DNA of 63,093 bases, the filler included, from Octopus bimaculoides (lineage: Eukaryota): assembly GCF_001194135.2 (NCBI RefSeq). It is 5 parts of 4 records of this genome, joined end to end, with 100 filler letters (N's around TTAATTAATTAA, not from the genome) between each part and the next. Parts side by side here need not be neighbours in the genome. Positions count along the whole stretch, not along the records: positions 48,772 to 60,230 come from NC_068993.1; positions 60,331 to 63,093 come from NC_068982.1; 3 more parts are not named here. One strand, written 5' to 3'. Both the position numbers and the translations under genes were made by a program. Under the pieces are notes generated by a model. It was not told where the DNA came from. It was given only the letters and a program-made list of their open reading frames with translations, and made no database searches. Below are positions 49,321 through 63,078 of the stretch, piece by piece. Position 1 is the first letter of the stretch; every line of letters begins with the position of its first letter.

Positions 49321-50038
49321 GCCATACAGACCCCGGTCGAGAATCACTAATGTAAAACACATTCTCAAGGAACACGACAGAAGAAAATATGAAAAGAATT
49401 TGGAAGAGAAAGGGAGATATACGTGCAGAAAGAACAGAAAAAATAAGGAGATATTGTCAGATACATGATTGTGTATATACTATTTGCAAGTATTATACGC
49501 ATATACGAAGATATCTGCATAGCCATACATACACACATACACATATGTATATCTGCGTTCACATACACATATATGCATTTATAAAACATACATATATATT
49601 TATATACACACAAACAGGTTCACACACACTATATGCACCCATATGTATTACATCCGCTGTTTCTTTCCATGTTACATCACCTTTGAACTTTGGGAAACCT
49701 TTTTGCAGCACACCCAAAGAATTTGCCAACTTTGATAAGTAATTATCGGAATTTGAACTCTAACGCACACCCAAGCGCACACATATTACATACATGCGTA
49801 CGTACATACATACATACATACATATAAACATGCATGCGTTTATACGTACATAATGCATATATGCATGCATTCATAGATATACATACATCAATGCAAGCAA
49901 ATATATATATATAATATAGATGGATAGATAGATAGATATACATATATATATGTATACATATATATACATATATATATATACATATATATATAGTACATAA
50001 GTATATATGTACTTATGTATTATATACATATATATACA

Positions 50039-50081
<43 letters not shown>

Positions 50082-50353
50082 TCACAAAAATCTACAAACA
50101 TACGCGCGTGGCACCTTAATTCAATTACTGACATATATACATGTACACAAACGCCCACAAACAGAGAGAAACATGTGCATAAACACACACACACACACAC
50201 ACACGACATATACTTCTGCGGAGACGCATATAAATATACATATAGTCAGATAATCAGCCATCCTATAAATTTATGTTCTCTTATTCATATTCATATACAT
50301 ATCAAATATACAATTAGATACATGTGTCAAACAGAACATTTCCTATATCATCG

Positions 50354-50407
<54 letters not shown>

Positions 50408-51200
50408 NNNNNNNNNNNNNNNNNNNNNNNNNNNNNNNNNNNNNNNNNNNNNNNNNNNNNNNNNNNNNNNNNNNNNNNNNNNNNNNNNNNNNNNNNNNNN
50501 NNNNNNNNNNNNNNNNNNNNNNNNNNNNNNNNNNNNNNNNNNNNNNNNNNNNNNNNNNNNNNNNNNNNNNNNNNNNNNNNNNNNNNNNNNNNNNNNNNNN
50601 NNNNNNNNNNNNNNNNNNNNNNNNNNNNNNNNNNNNNNNNNNNNNNNNNNNNNNNNNNNNNNNNNNNNNNNNNNNNNNNNNNNNNNNNNNNNNNNNNNNN
50701 NNNNNNNNNNNNNNNNNNNNNNNNNNNNNNNNNNNNNNNNNNNNNNNNNNNNNNNNNNNNNNNNNNNNNNNNNNNNNNNNNNNNNNNNNNNNNNNNNNNN
50801 NNNNNNNNNNNNNNNNNNNNNNNNNNNNNNNNNNNNNNNNNNNNNNNNNNNNNNNNNNNNNNNNNNNNNNNNNNNNNNNNNNNNNNNNNNNNNNNNNNNN
50901 NNNNNNNNNNNNNNNNNNNNNNNNNNNNNNNNNNNNNNNNNNNNNNNNNNNNNNNNNNNNNNNNNNNNNNNNNNNNNNNNNNNNNNNNNNNNNNNNNNNN
51001 NNNNNNNNNNNNNNNNNNNNNNNNNNNNNNNNNNNNNNNNNNNNNNNNNNNNNNNNNNNNNNNNNNNNNNNNNNNNNNNNNNNNNNNNNNNNNNNNNNNN
51101 NNNNNAGAGATAGATAGATAGATATATGTATGTATGTATGTATGTATATACTTATATGTATATCTGTCTATGTATATAAGTATATACATGCAAGCGTGTA

Positions 51201-51242
<42 letters not shown>

Positions 51243-51779
51243 CGATGATATAGGAAATGTTCTGTTTGACACATGTATCTAATTGTATATTTGATATGTG
51301 TCTTTGGCAGTTCTCAATATCAGCCTTCTTCTTTGATCAATACCATTCTGATATTTGCCATTCTGATATTTACATTTCTACCGTCATCGCAGTCATGTAA
51401 AAATCCATTTACACAAACACGAGGCGACGACGATGCTGAAGATCGCAGCGAAAATACAGAAAGTTTTTAGGCGAAGCTGTTGATGATAGCGATGATAGCG
51501 ACGATAGTAATATTGGTGATGGGGTGGCGGCCGATGGTTGATTCTGTTAGGGGTATCTGTCATCTACCCAGAAATTAGAGCTGGAATGAAGCAGAAGGCA
51601 GATCCGACGGATAAACTAAAATGAAAGTGGAATATTTAGTTTGACATTAAATGGAAGGAGGAAATCAAGTTGTGCTCCGTAAGATGTTATAAATATTTAT
51701 GGAACATCTCCGAATGACTCAGAGGAGCAGACTGAAGCTGTTTTCCCTCTCCATTTATGTCTGTTTCCTGTCTTTTCCA

Positions 51780-51823
51780 TAATAATCTATCTATCTATTT
51801 ATCTATCTAGCTTTATCTATTTA

Positions 51824-51910
<87 letters not shown>

Positions 51911-52213
51911 CCATCTATATGTCCACCGCGTTCTCTATCTATCCACCCCTCTCTCTCTATTTACCTCTGTCTATCTATCTATCTACCTATCTACCTATTT
52001 ATCTATCTATCTATCCATCTATCTATCTACCTACCTATCTATCTATCTCTTCCTCTCTCTCTTTCTCTCTCTATGTCTATCTATCTATCTATCTACCTAT
52101 CTATTTCTTCCTCGCTCGTTCTCTCTCTCTCTCTCTCTCTCTCTTTCTTACTCTCTTACTCTCTATCTATCTATCTATCTATCTACCTACCTAACTACCT
52201 ACCTATTAATCTC

Positions 52214-52252
<39 letters not shown>

Positions 52253-52323
52253 ATCTATCTGTCTACCTACCTACCTACCTACCTACCTATGTATCTCTTC
52301 CTCGCTCTCTCTCTTTCTCTCTT

Positions 52324-52356
<33 letters not shown>

Positions 52357-52380
52357 CTATCTATCCATTTATCAGTCTAT
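51780..52380. repeat. Compound (CT)n/(TA)n/(ATCT)n/(ACCT)n microsatellite
   Basis: Direct reading; this is the source of the LSIYLSIY ORFs. Confidence 0.9.
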
Positions 52381-52936
52381 TTAACTATCTGTATACTTTT
52401 CAATATATCTTTCTACCTCTCTACCTCGCACCACCTATGTATCCACCCCACCCCACTGTCTATTTCTCTAGATATACCGGTCTTCTTTTCGCCCGATTTG
52501 CTGGATATAGCGTAGAGTTGTTAAGAATAAATTTACTACAGCGTCGTACTGTCGTTGATGCATATTTAACATTCTGAAACAAAATCCAATTAGTTAGAAC
52601 GTTAAACTGCATGATTACCAACTATTCAATATTTGGAAGTATATATCTATGTGTAAAATATAATTCCTATGCAGATAGAACGTATAGTTTTTGTAACAAT
52701 ATTGACTGGTATATTTACGTCCATCATTTCGATTCAAATATTTGATTTGTAACTCACTGAAAACAGAAACGATTAAATATAAAGTCCACTTTGGCAGGAA
52801 TTGAACTCGGGATGTAAAGTGACACTTGCTGGTTAATGTCAATACAGAATGATGTTCTGTGTAATGCAGAAGTGCTTCAGCGAAGTCAAAGAGGTAAACA
52901 TAATTACTTCGGTATATATCGATATCAAACGTTACA

Positions 52937-53995
52937 AGGGCGGCAAGCTGACAGAAACGTTAGCACGCCGGGCGAAATGCTTAGCGGTATTTCGTCTGCC
53001 GTTACGTTCTGAGTTCAAATTTCGCCGAGGTCTACTTTGTCTTTCATCCTTTCGGGGTCGATAAATATAGTACCAGTTACGCACTGGGGTCGAGGTAATC
53101 GACTTAATCCCTTTGTTTGTCCTCTCTATGTTTAGCCCCTTGTGGGCAATAAATAAATAACAATCGTTAGCACACCAGACAAAATGTTTAGCGGATTTCG
53201 TCTGTCTTTACGTTCCGAGTTCAAATACCGTTGACGTCGATTTTGCCGTTCATCATTTCGCGGTCGATAAAATAAGTACCAATTGACTACTAGGGCCAAT
53301 GTAATCAACTAATTTTCCCCACCCCCTTGAAATTACAACGGCGGCGAGTTGGGAAAATCGTCAGCATCCCGGACAAAATATTCAGAGGCATTTTGTCCGG
53401 TTTTACGTTTTGTGTTCAAGTGCCACCGAGGCTGACTTTGCTTTTCAGCCTTTCGGAAGAGATAAGATTCAGTACTTACAAACCACTGGCGCAGGGATCG
53501 ATATATTCGACTTTCCCCCTCTACACCAAAATCTTTGGCCTTGCGCCAAACTTTGATACCAAAGGCAACGAACCGGCGTAATCATTAGAGCGTTTGACAA
53601 AATTTCAAGCGATATGTCTTCTAGCTCTCTATGCTCTGAGTTCAAAACTGATCCCTCTTCCCACCGACGTCAACTTAACCTTTCATCGCTCGGGGTCGTT
53701 AAATTGCAGTGCCAGGTCAGTACATGGGTCGACAGTATCAACAAACGGTTCTCTTCTCAGATGTTCTGGCTTTGTGCCTACATTAGAGACAATTAATGTT
53801 ACGGTCAAAGGATCGTTTCAAAATTTAGATTAAGGTCACTAGGGCAAGAGCGGGGTTGGTCGATTAAATCGATTCCAACACTTGACTGGGACTCCCATTT
53901 TATTGAACTCGGCAGGTCGAAAAGGAAGGTTAATCTCAGAGGGATTTGCACACGGAACATAACGTGTTGGAAGAAATGTCGCCTAGCATTTTGTT
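52937..53995. mobile_element. Cluster of five SINE S2 copies (four direct, one inverted)
   Basis: Plus copies at about 52937-53160, 53161-53335, 53341-53560 and 53563-53790; minus copy at about 53845-53995. Confidence 0.75.
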
Positions 53996-54211
53996 CGGTG
54001 CAGTAACGTTTGTGTTAAATAATCGCTTTTTTAGTGTAAAATAGTTATAATTATTATAATAAAGTAATAGCAAATATACATACCGGTTTATGAGTATTTA
54101 TAATAGAGACATCAAATGTAACTTTTATTTCAATAAACATCGTATATATATGAAAGAGAAAGAAAGGAACGATATTGAATTGTCGACTTCTGTTTACGTG
54201 ACAGGTCTATA

Positions 54212-54246
<35 letters not shown>

Positions 54247-54350
54247 TGTATGTATGTATGTATGTATGTGAGTGTGTCTGTGTCTGTGTGTGCGGAGGGG
54301 TGTAAGTGTGTGTACGTCTCTCTCTCCCTCTCCCCCTCTCTCTCTCTCCC

Positions 54351-54406
<56 letters not shown>

Positions 54407-54470
54407 TTGTCCACCGAGCTCTCTATCTATCCTCCCCTCTCTCTTTATTTACCTCTATCTATCTATCTGT

Positions 54471-54509
<39 letters not shown>

Positions 54510-55224
54510 GAGTTCTTCATTGATTTAAAAGAAAGAGCGATAAAGATCTTTAAGGTTCCACATGTTCAAGGGCCTGGCGCTAAATACCTACATTGGTAAC
54601 TTTGTCTTCAACGTGTGTTTAAAATGGATGCAATACTCGGAATAATTCCGAGATCCAATAAAACTTCAAATTATAAACAAACGACAATCATCAAAATGAA
54701 TGACTGCAGTAAATGGACAAGCTTCATTTTTAATTAATACATTCGCCATTATGTTTCTCTATTTCGATCTATTAAACTCATCATACAATAATAACTGAGT
54801 TTAATTGTTATTTTGCTCATAAATGAGATCGGTTGAACGAATCGGATTATCGATAATACATTACAGACACCGTAATAATTACTATCTCCATTAAATCAAA
54901 TCGGATTTTTAAACAGGTAAGAAGAATTTTATTGTATACAGTTTCCACTCTAGCCTTTTGCCGTTAGCACAAATAACAAGCTTAAATCAATATGGTCATA
55001 TTTTCTAAATTAGGCCGCACAAACAAATTATATTATATTAACATTGTGTATCAAGAAAGAACATCTAAGTTGCACATTAAAGTTGCTGAAGAAATAATGC
55101 TACATTTCTGTCTATTTGCGTTTTATTTTGGTATATAAGATTTGTAGATTAGGTTCGGCTTAAAACGAATGCAAAACCCGCAAATGAGATGTAAGGCCAT
55201 TAAAATTTACCACTTAAATTACTA

Positions 55225-55293
55225 TCCATCCATCCATCCATCCATCCATCCATCCATCCATCCATCCATCCATCCATCCATCCATCCATCCAT
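55225..55293. repeat. (CATC)n microsatellite
   Basis: Direct reading. Confidence 0.95.
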
Positions 55294-55872
55294 CTCTCCA
55301 TCCATCTTCTCTGCTCACTATTCGTTGAAAGATCACGGGTGAAGTAGCCTCAGGTACTGCGTCTACAAGCTACTATCAGAAGCAACTGGCATTACACATT
55401 CCGGCTGAGGAATTCCAAATACATTTCGTGGATCGCTACCTCAACATCTCCTTTATAGGATCCAGTGGCTAAGGACATCATCAGGAGGAACCACTTCCGG
55501 TTTCGGCCCCCTACTCCGCTACCGTTTTCGAGTGGCAGAGACCTGCCTTTCGGACGTGTCTTCAGCTCTGGTGTTGAGTGCGTTTTTTTTTCTCCTTTCA
55601 TTCTCAAGCATAATAAACTGAGACTATAGATTTTAACCAATCATCACCCCCTTATTAACCCCTACTTACCACACAGCCTAAACCTTTAAACCTATACTTA
55701 CTGACTCAAAGGGAAGCTACTATTAGCCGCTTTTTAAATAAGAGAAGTACACAACCACAACTTCAACCGCTGTTCAAACTGGAATTTTGGTGGCACACCT
55801 ATTTTTGCACTCAGAGCCCATGCCTATTAGCTTGTGCCATCCTAACGTAAATTCCTCATATTCTCTCTCTCA

Positions 55873-55917
<45 letters not shown>

Positions 55918-56123
55918 NNNNNNNNNNNNNNNNNNNNNNNNNNNNNNNNNNNNNNNNNNNNNNNNNNNNNNNNNNNNNNNNNNNNNNNNNNNNNNNNNNN
56001 NNNNNNNNNNNNNNNNNNNNNNNNNNNNNNNNNNNNNNNNNNNNNNNNNNNNNNNNNNNNNNNNNNNNNNNNNNNNNNNNNNNNNNNNNNNNNNNNNNNN
56101 NNNNNNNNNNNNNNNATATATAT

Positions 56124-56154
<31 letters not shown>

Positions 56155-57290
56155 CTCGTGGTGTCAGAGTATGTATTTGCTTATGTGTAAGTGTCTTCTA
56201 TTATTCTTACAACGGTACAAAATGTTTCAGTGTCAACCCACAGGTTCTGAGATCAAATCACATGACAAAAGCAGTGCAAAGTCAAAAATACTTGGTGGTG
56301 TTATGCTGAACCCAGCAAATCATGTGTTATGGCATCAACCGTTAACAAGAAGCAAAATTGAATATATTCATGGTTGACATCCATAGAGGCAAGCTATCAT
56401 GACAGAAGATTGATAAATTGATAAATGGATATCTTATTTAGTAACATTGTATCATGTTTTGAGCACAGTCTCTGCTCGAATGTTCTAAAGGTAAACGATA
56501 CATCTTGTATTTTGATAAGAAAAAAAAAGTGTTGCTGCTTTATATTACAAGTGTTGTTTGTATTTTATAATTTTTTTTTTAAATTTCTATTCCGTTTTTT
56601 GTTTTCTCTTTTACTTTCAATGTCATCATCTTGTTATTCTGTTTTTCTGAGTTCTACAAACAGAATCAGTAACATTTCTCAGTGAAGAAAAAAAAAAAAA
56701 AAAAAAAAACATGGAGGCAATCATCACATCTTCGTTCATCAGAGACAAGCAAATCAGACCCGTTATTATACTAGGAAAAAACACTGGTATGTGTTGTGGC
56801 ATTAAATAAATATGCTGTTTATCTATAATAGACGTAGATAAAAGGCCATTATATTGATTACAGAAATCACTCGAGTAAAACAAACAAATCGAAATAAAAC
56901 TAACAAAACAATTGCTAAAACTGTGAACAGACACTGGAGCCAGACTATGTTCTTGCATTACATATCAGTCGCGATAGAGTTTCTTTCTGTTAGAGAGAGA
57001 GAGTGACTGGTTTATATGTACTCTGGCTTGCATTCCTCTGTGAGGAGATAGAGCAATGTTTAAACTCTTAACTTAACCCAAACATAAACAGTAAAGCAGA
57101 CGTCTAAATGGCTGAGATGGGTGGTTAACAAGAAATTTCTAAACTATTAAACACCGCATGTGTAGAAGATATTTTTTAAAATATGGTTAGGTGGTTTACG
57201 TGTTCGCTTCGCAACTGTGTGCAAGTGGATTCAGATCCCACTGTCAGTGATTTGAGCGAGTGTCTTCTAGTATAATAGAGAATATTGAAT

Positions 57291-57680
57291 AGGCGCAGGA
57301 GTGGCTGTGTGGTAAGTAGCTTGCTCACCAACCACATGGTTCAGTCCCACTGCATGGCACCTTGGGCAAGTGTCTTCTGCTATAGCCTCGGGCCGACCAA
57401 AGCCTTGTGAGTGGATTTGGTAGACGGAAACTGAAAGAAGCCTGTCGTATATATGTATGTGTATGTATATGTTTGTATATCTGTGTTTGTCCCCCCAACA
57501 TCGCTTGACAACCGATGCTGGTGTGTTTACGTCCCCGTAACTTAGCGGTTCGACAAAAGAGACCGATAGAATAAGTACTAGGCTTCCAAAGAATAAATCC
57601 TGGGGTCGATTTGCTCGACTAAAGGCGGTGCCCCAGCATGGCCGCAGTCAAATGACTGAAACGAGTAAAAAAAGCAGAAA
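57291..57680 (+). mobile_element. SINE S1, complete reference copy (tRNA head + CORE-like block + internal microsatellite + tail)
   Basis: GGCGCAGGAGTGGCTGTGTGGTAAG head and CACCTTGGGCAAGTGTCTTC (similar to the CORE-SINE CCTTGGGCAAGTCACTT). An internal (TA/TG)n is followed by a tail ending CAGTCAAATGACTGAAACGAGTAAAA. Confidence 0.85.
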
Positions 57681-58904
57681 AAAAGAGCCTTTCGATAAAC
57701 AAAATGGCGGGAATGAAACTGAGAGGACAGAAGCTGAGGATGCTCGGCGTATACATACACATGTACACACACATACATATATATGACGAGCTTCTGCATA
57801 GTTTCCATCTGCCAATTTCACTGGCAAAATACTGATCAAGCCAAGTCTATTGTAGAAGGTTCTTACTCAAATTTATGCATATTATGATCGAACCCTCATC
57901 GCGTAGCTGCAAATTGAACTTCTTAACCCTACGGCTATGCCTGCGCTATATCTCTCAGTGATCCCTCACTGGAACACGAAAACTGAGCTCCAAATTTATG
58001 TCCGTCCTGGGGAAACGAGAGGATACCTATACAGTCGCACACTAGAACAGAAATAGCAGCCAAGTTTTTAAATTTACCCCTTAAACCCGTACTTCTGTCT
58101 GTAAGGACACTACATAAAGTAATCACGGATACACTATAACTTTAAAATAATAACAAAAATATGGAGTAGTCACGTTTGGAACGCCTTGGATCCAAGATCT
58201 ACAGGATTAAGACTGTTGTGTACTTAGAGCATAACATCTTGACTGACTTTAATTCACAACTTCGAAAACTCGGATGAAGTTCATAATTCGTGTCATTGTG
58301 GTTGAAATGAAATCAGTATAAAATATCAGTTATGTTATTGTTAACCTATTTCATGCAGTGACAATTAAAATCTAATACGTATAATTGCATTTTAAAGTAT
58401 TTTGCAAAACACGGGACTCAAATCCCGATATGTTTCTAGTTTATTATAGCCTCATCAGTGAAAGTATATTATTAAGAGGGACGTTAACTCAAACACTCCA
58501 CTTGCAAAATAGTTACGTTAATATTAATGCATTTAATGCTGAGAGTATTAAAGACAGCTAGACTAGAAGTACTTACGCGGTAATGAAAAGGAACAACAAC
58601 AAAAAAAAACAATATAAATCAATGATTATTATTATTATCATTGTTCTATTAATATGTTAGGTTTTGATTTACTTCATTTGAAAACCAATAATCACCTTAC
58701 GGCTGGAATTCGTATACTTAAAAGAAGGAATTTTACTTAATTCGTCCTCTGTCACTAGTTTAATATGAATGGCGGTTTTCTAGAGACGCTAATTTTAAAT
58801 ACCAATTAGATGAAAAACGAACAGTTCAAAGAGATTTGAGGTCTGGTTCGTGTATAATGAGTTTAATGGATTCAGCGATTAAGCGCAAATGAACTGCATC
58901 CAAA

Positions 58905-58972
58905 CTATTCTTCTTCTTCTCCTCCTTCTTCTTCTTTTTCTTCTTTTTCTTCTTCTTCTTCTTCTTCTTCTT

Positions 58973-59065
<93 letters not shown>

Positions 59066-59075
59066 GTTGTTGTTG
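58905..59075. repeat. Compound (CTT)n(ATT)n(GTT)n microsatellite
   Basis: Direct reading. Confidence 0.95.
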
Positions 59076-59334
59076 TTTTATTTCTTTGTGCTATTGCTTA
59101 TGCTTTCGTTCTTTTACCGCAATGCCGAGTGCACCTATATATACGCCTATATACAGTTTTATCTCGCTGCTCTTTCCTTTTCTGTTAAATCTACCTATAT
59201 ATAATATACGTGTAGTGACGAGCAGAGCTTTCTGCTTTTATGTTGCGTATATTTAGTAAATGATGGGGTTTTGGTTATATTTGTCTGCATTTTCTCTTTT
59301 TTTTTTTATAATCATTCACAAATGTAATCCTAGA

Positions 59335-59470
59335 GGGAGAGAATTAGCCGTGGCGTTAGAATGTCTGATAGAATGCATTTCGCTTTTTGTACAAGCTCGC
59401 TACGCTCTGAGATCAAATCCCGCCGAGGTCAATTTCGCCTTTGATACTTTCACGCTCGATAAATAAACTA
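59335..59470 (+). mobile_element. SINE S2, partial
   Basis: CTCTGAGATCAAATCCCGCCGAGGTCAATTTCGCCTTTGATACTTTCACGCTCGATAAATAA. Confidence 0.6.
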
Positions 59471-60137
59471 TAAGTCATATATAATTCTTTCGTTTCGATA
59501 CTTCTCGTTCATTTTTTCTTCATTTTTTTGTGTCTCGTTTTCATTCTGGTATAAATCGGCCGTGGTCAGATGTGCAGAGGGAAGGCCTCTACCACATCAA
59601 AAAATACCCAAGACAACATATGTCCCGACGGCCCATCTACAACTCCATAAATAGTGGAGGACCCAAGTCAAGAAATATAAGGATTCTTTCTGCTTGCAAT
59701 CCTCACATGCAGTTTACCTTAATTTCCAAGCATTTAAATTTGAACTGTGCAACTATGTGTGACTGTACAACTGAAGTGTATACACGTTGCTATTTAAGGG
59801 TTCTTTAGGCGGTGGAGAAGGTTAATTGAGTATGTCCGTTATTTAGGTTGGCTTTGTTGTGACGTTTCTAATGTTAGACTGGGGTTTGTTTTGGTGTTTC
59901 GTCTATAGTGTTTAGTACAAAACATGACCGCGTGAATTGCATAAATTTTTTGAATGATGCATAGAATGACGCGGCTGTGCAAGATGTGTATTGTTTTATA
60001 TTGTTTTTACTTGTTTCATTCATTGGACCGCGGCCATGCTGGGGCTCTGCTCTAAAGGACCCAGCCCCTTTTTAAAGTTTGATTCTTATTCTATCGATCT
60101 CTTTTGCCGCACCCGTTGGCTTATGTGTATTTGAGCG

Positions 60138-60230
<93 letters not shown>

Positions 60231-60330
60231 NNNNNNNNNNNNNNNNNNNNNNNNNNNNNNNNNNNNNNNNNNNNTTAATTAATTAANNNNNNNNNNNNNN
60301 NNNNNNNNNNNNNNNNNNNNNNNNNNNNNN

Positions 60331-60369
<39 letters not shown>

Positions 60370-60842
60370 CACAAACGCACGCACACTAGTGTAGGATTCG
60401 TATTTACGTTAAAGGAAGTATTCGCACTCTGGCGCTCCATTGGTTTTGCCAGGCTTCAACGGTTGAGATTTATATTATATTCTGAAGTATTGTATTTCAT
60501 CTGTAGTCAGTATGTCTTTCCTTGGCCGTGACACTTTACTATTTATTTGCTCACATTAGGGAAACCAATAAGCCGAATACCAGACTCGGTGATATATTAA
60601 AACGTGCGTAATCTATGATATTTGTCCCTAATCTCATAATCTATGTCATTTGTAACTAATTTGTTAATTCAAAACTAATCTATTGTCATCTCTGCGTTCT
60701 TTTCCGCATATCACGTAAATTTCTTGATAAATACGAAACGAATGCCGATTCATTTCTCATACATACATACGCACACGCACACACACATACCTGGCCCTTG
60801 TGTGTGTGTGTGTATTTATGTATATATGTATGTATATGTATG

Positions 60843-60891
<49 letters not shown>

Positions 60892-61329
60892 TAGGCTACA
60901 CAGTTGATTAGATATGCAACACTATTATAGTAGTATACATCTTATAGAAGTAGATAAAAGCATTTTCAATCAAATATGATTTAGACGGAAGAAGAAGGTA
61001 GACCATTTTAAAGTTTCTAAATCTACACTTTCCATTATGCAGTGGCTTTCTAATGTATTGGAATAAAATGAAGTGAGATAGAAGCCATAACCCATCAAAT
61101 CGAAAAGGGCACAGCAAAAGTATTTTTAACCCTCGATTCCCTATTGATTTGTTCCGACTAAATATCGGCCGAATGGAATCTACCAGAAAACAATCTCAAT
61201 GGAATTTACACCATAAATTGATAAAGGATTCGTTCATTTTACAGTGTTCCCACTGCTTACAACTGTAAGTTGTACTGTCATGTGATCTCTTCACAAGCTA
61301 GTTGTTGTTTTTATTGTTGTTGCTGTTTA

Positions 61330-61510
61330 AATTTATGTCAGCCCTGATCAAATAAACCAATGATGAAAAGGTATTCCAGTGGTGGTGATCCCGTCTTTTA
61401 GGACATAGCTTGTCTCAGACAACATTATCCAATGCGTCATTCATTTTTTTCAAAGACGGTGGAAGTGAAATTTAAGAGGAACTTAGTTGCTATTTCTAGC
61501 AAGTCACACA
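61330..61510 (-). mobile_element. Another dispersed repeat family (probable SINE tail)
   Basis: The CTAGAAATAGCA(A/G)C(C/T)AAAT motif is shared with about 5275, 22600 and 58045. Confidence 0.45.
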
Positions 61511-63047
61511 GTCACATAGAGAATGGGCAGGTTTCCTCTTCAATGCCAAGGGTGAATTGCAAGTGTATGATAAATTAATAATTTCCCGAAATCTTATCTA
61601 TGCAACATATGAAACTACTGTTTTGACCTGAAGGCTTAGACAGATTTTTGTAAATGACTTTAAGAACTTCATCAAAGCAGAGTTTCAAATTGGATTGCGA
61701 GTAAGTGTTCCTTCCCACCCCTGGCCAAAATATTTTGGCTCGATCCATCAGCTAGTGAGGACAAGGACAAATCCATTGAGAGTCAAGCGACTTGCTTACA
61801 GACAGGACTGTTTCGAACCGTCAACACTTCACATATAGTTTATTCTCCTCGGTTTTCTTCTTAATTTGCCAGCTACGATTCAGAGAATTATTTACATCAA
61901 AATAAAGAAAATTGTAGATGTTTGTGCGATTAATGATCAAGAGATTAAGGTAAGAGAAGAACGTAGATGTAATACCTTAATCTTTAATCTCAACTTCTCA
62001 CAGAATATTTGATGATGGATGAAAATATAGCATTAATGCAATAATCATGATTGTAGTCAGCTTATCATTTGGGTGGAGATATTTTACTCCATTTTTTATT
62101 TGATTTCATTTGTGAATTTGCCTGAATTTTTATGCTATTTTCTGTTTTATTTTCTATTGTTTTTTTTTATTATTTATTTTCATTTTTAAATATTTTGGTT
62201 AGGAAGTAAGAAACAAAGTAGTCTTTTATTCTGTATATATTTTTATTCGGATTTGTGTTTTACCATTGTTTATTTTTGTTTTATGATTTTGACCTTAGTA
62301 GACGATAGGGGATTGAAGAAGACAAAAGTTTAAATAAACTGAAAAGAAAAGAGTTTTGTTATAGTTTCATATCACAAACAATAAGAATGGGCGTGTTATC
62401 GCAGGAAAAGGAAGAAAATATAATAAAATAAATAAAATAGATAAAATAACAACAGCAGTAAGAAAAGAAACGAAGAAAAATAACAAGAACAAAGAAAAAG
62501 ATAAAAGTGTAAAGTGCAGACGTCTGATCACGGGTGCAATGTTTTGTGAGTAACATAATGACAGTGGTGGCCGGGGGTTGTGTACGTTCATTGAAAACCT
62601 ATGTGTCTGTATGAATGAATGAATGCATTGAGTGAGACAGACATCTGTTTATAGTTGACTATAGCAATCGGTGCAAGTTGGGGTGAATAAGTTGCATCTT
62701 CGGTTGAAAATAGAGGCGGTGGAGGTAGTGATGGTTCGTGGTGGTGGTGGTGGTGGTGGTGCAGATAGAATAATATGAAAGTGTTTGGCAATTAGGTTGG
62801 TGTTTTCTTACAGAGAAAATCGAGATAACAAGAAAACAAAACAAATAAAAATATAAAAAGGCCACATGCACATACACACAAGAAGCAGTAGTTTTATTGT
62901 AAAGCGTGAAGATATACATACGTACGTACACACACACACACACACATACACACACACACATATATACACACATATATACACACATACACATATATATATA
63001 TATACACATGCATATATATATACACATACATATATATATATACACAC

Positions 63048-63078
<31 letters not shown>

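Noticed and set aside
55530-55575. Minus-strand CUGAAGA...GAAA...GUC
   Set aside because: Stems II and III do not pair in register; chance occurrence.
58420-58460. Minus-strand CUGAUGA-GGCUA...UA-GAAAC-AUAUC
   Set aside because: The closing side of stem II is missing, and there is no valid stem III/NUH or stem I. At best a decayed relic.
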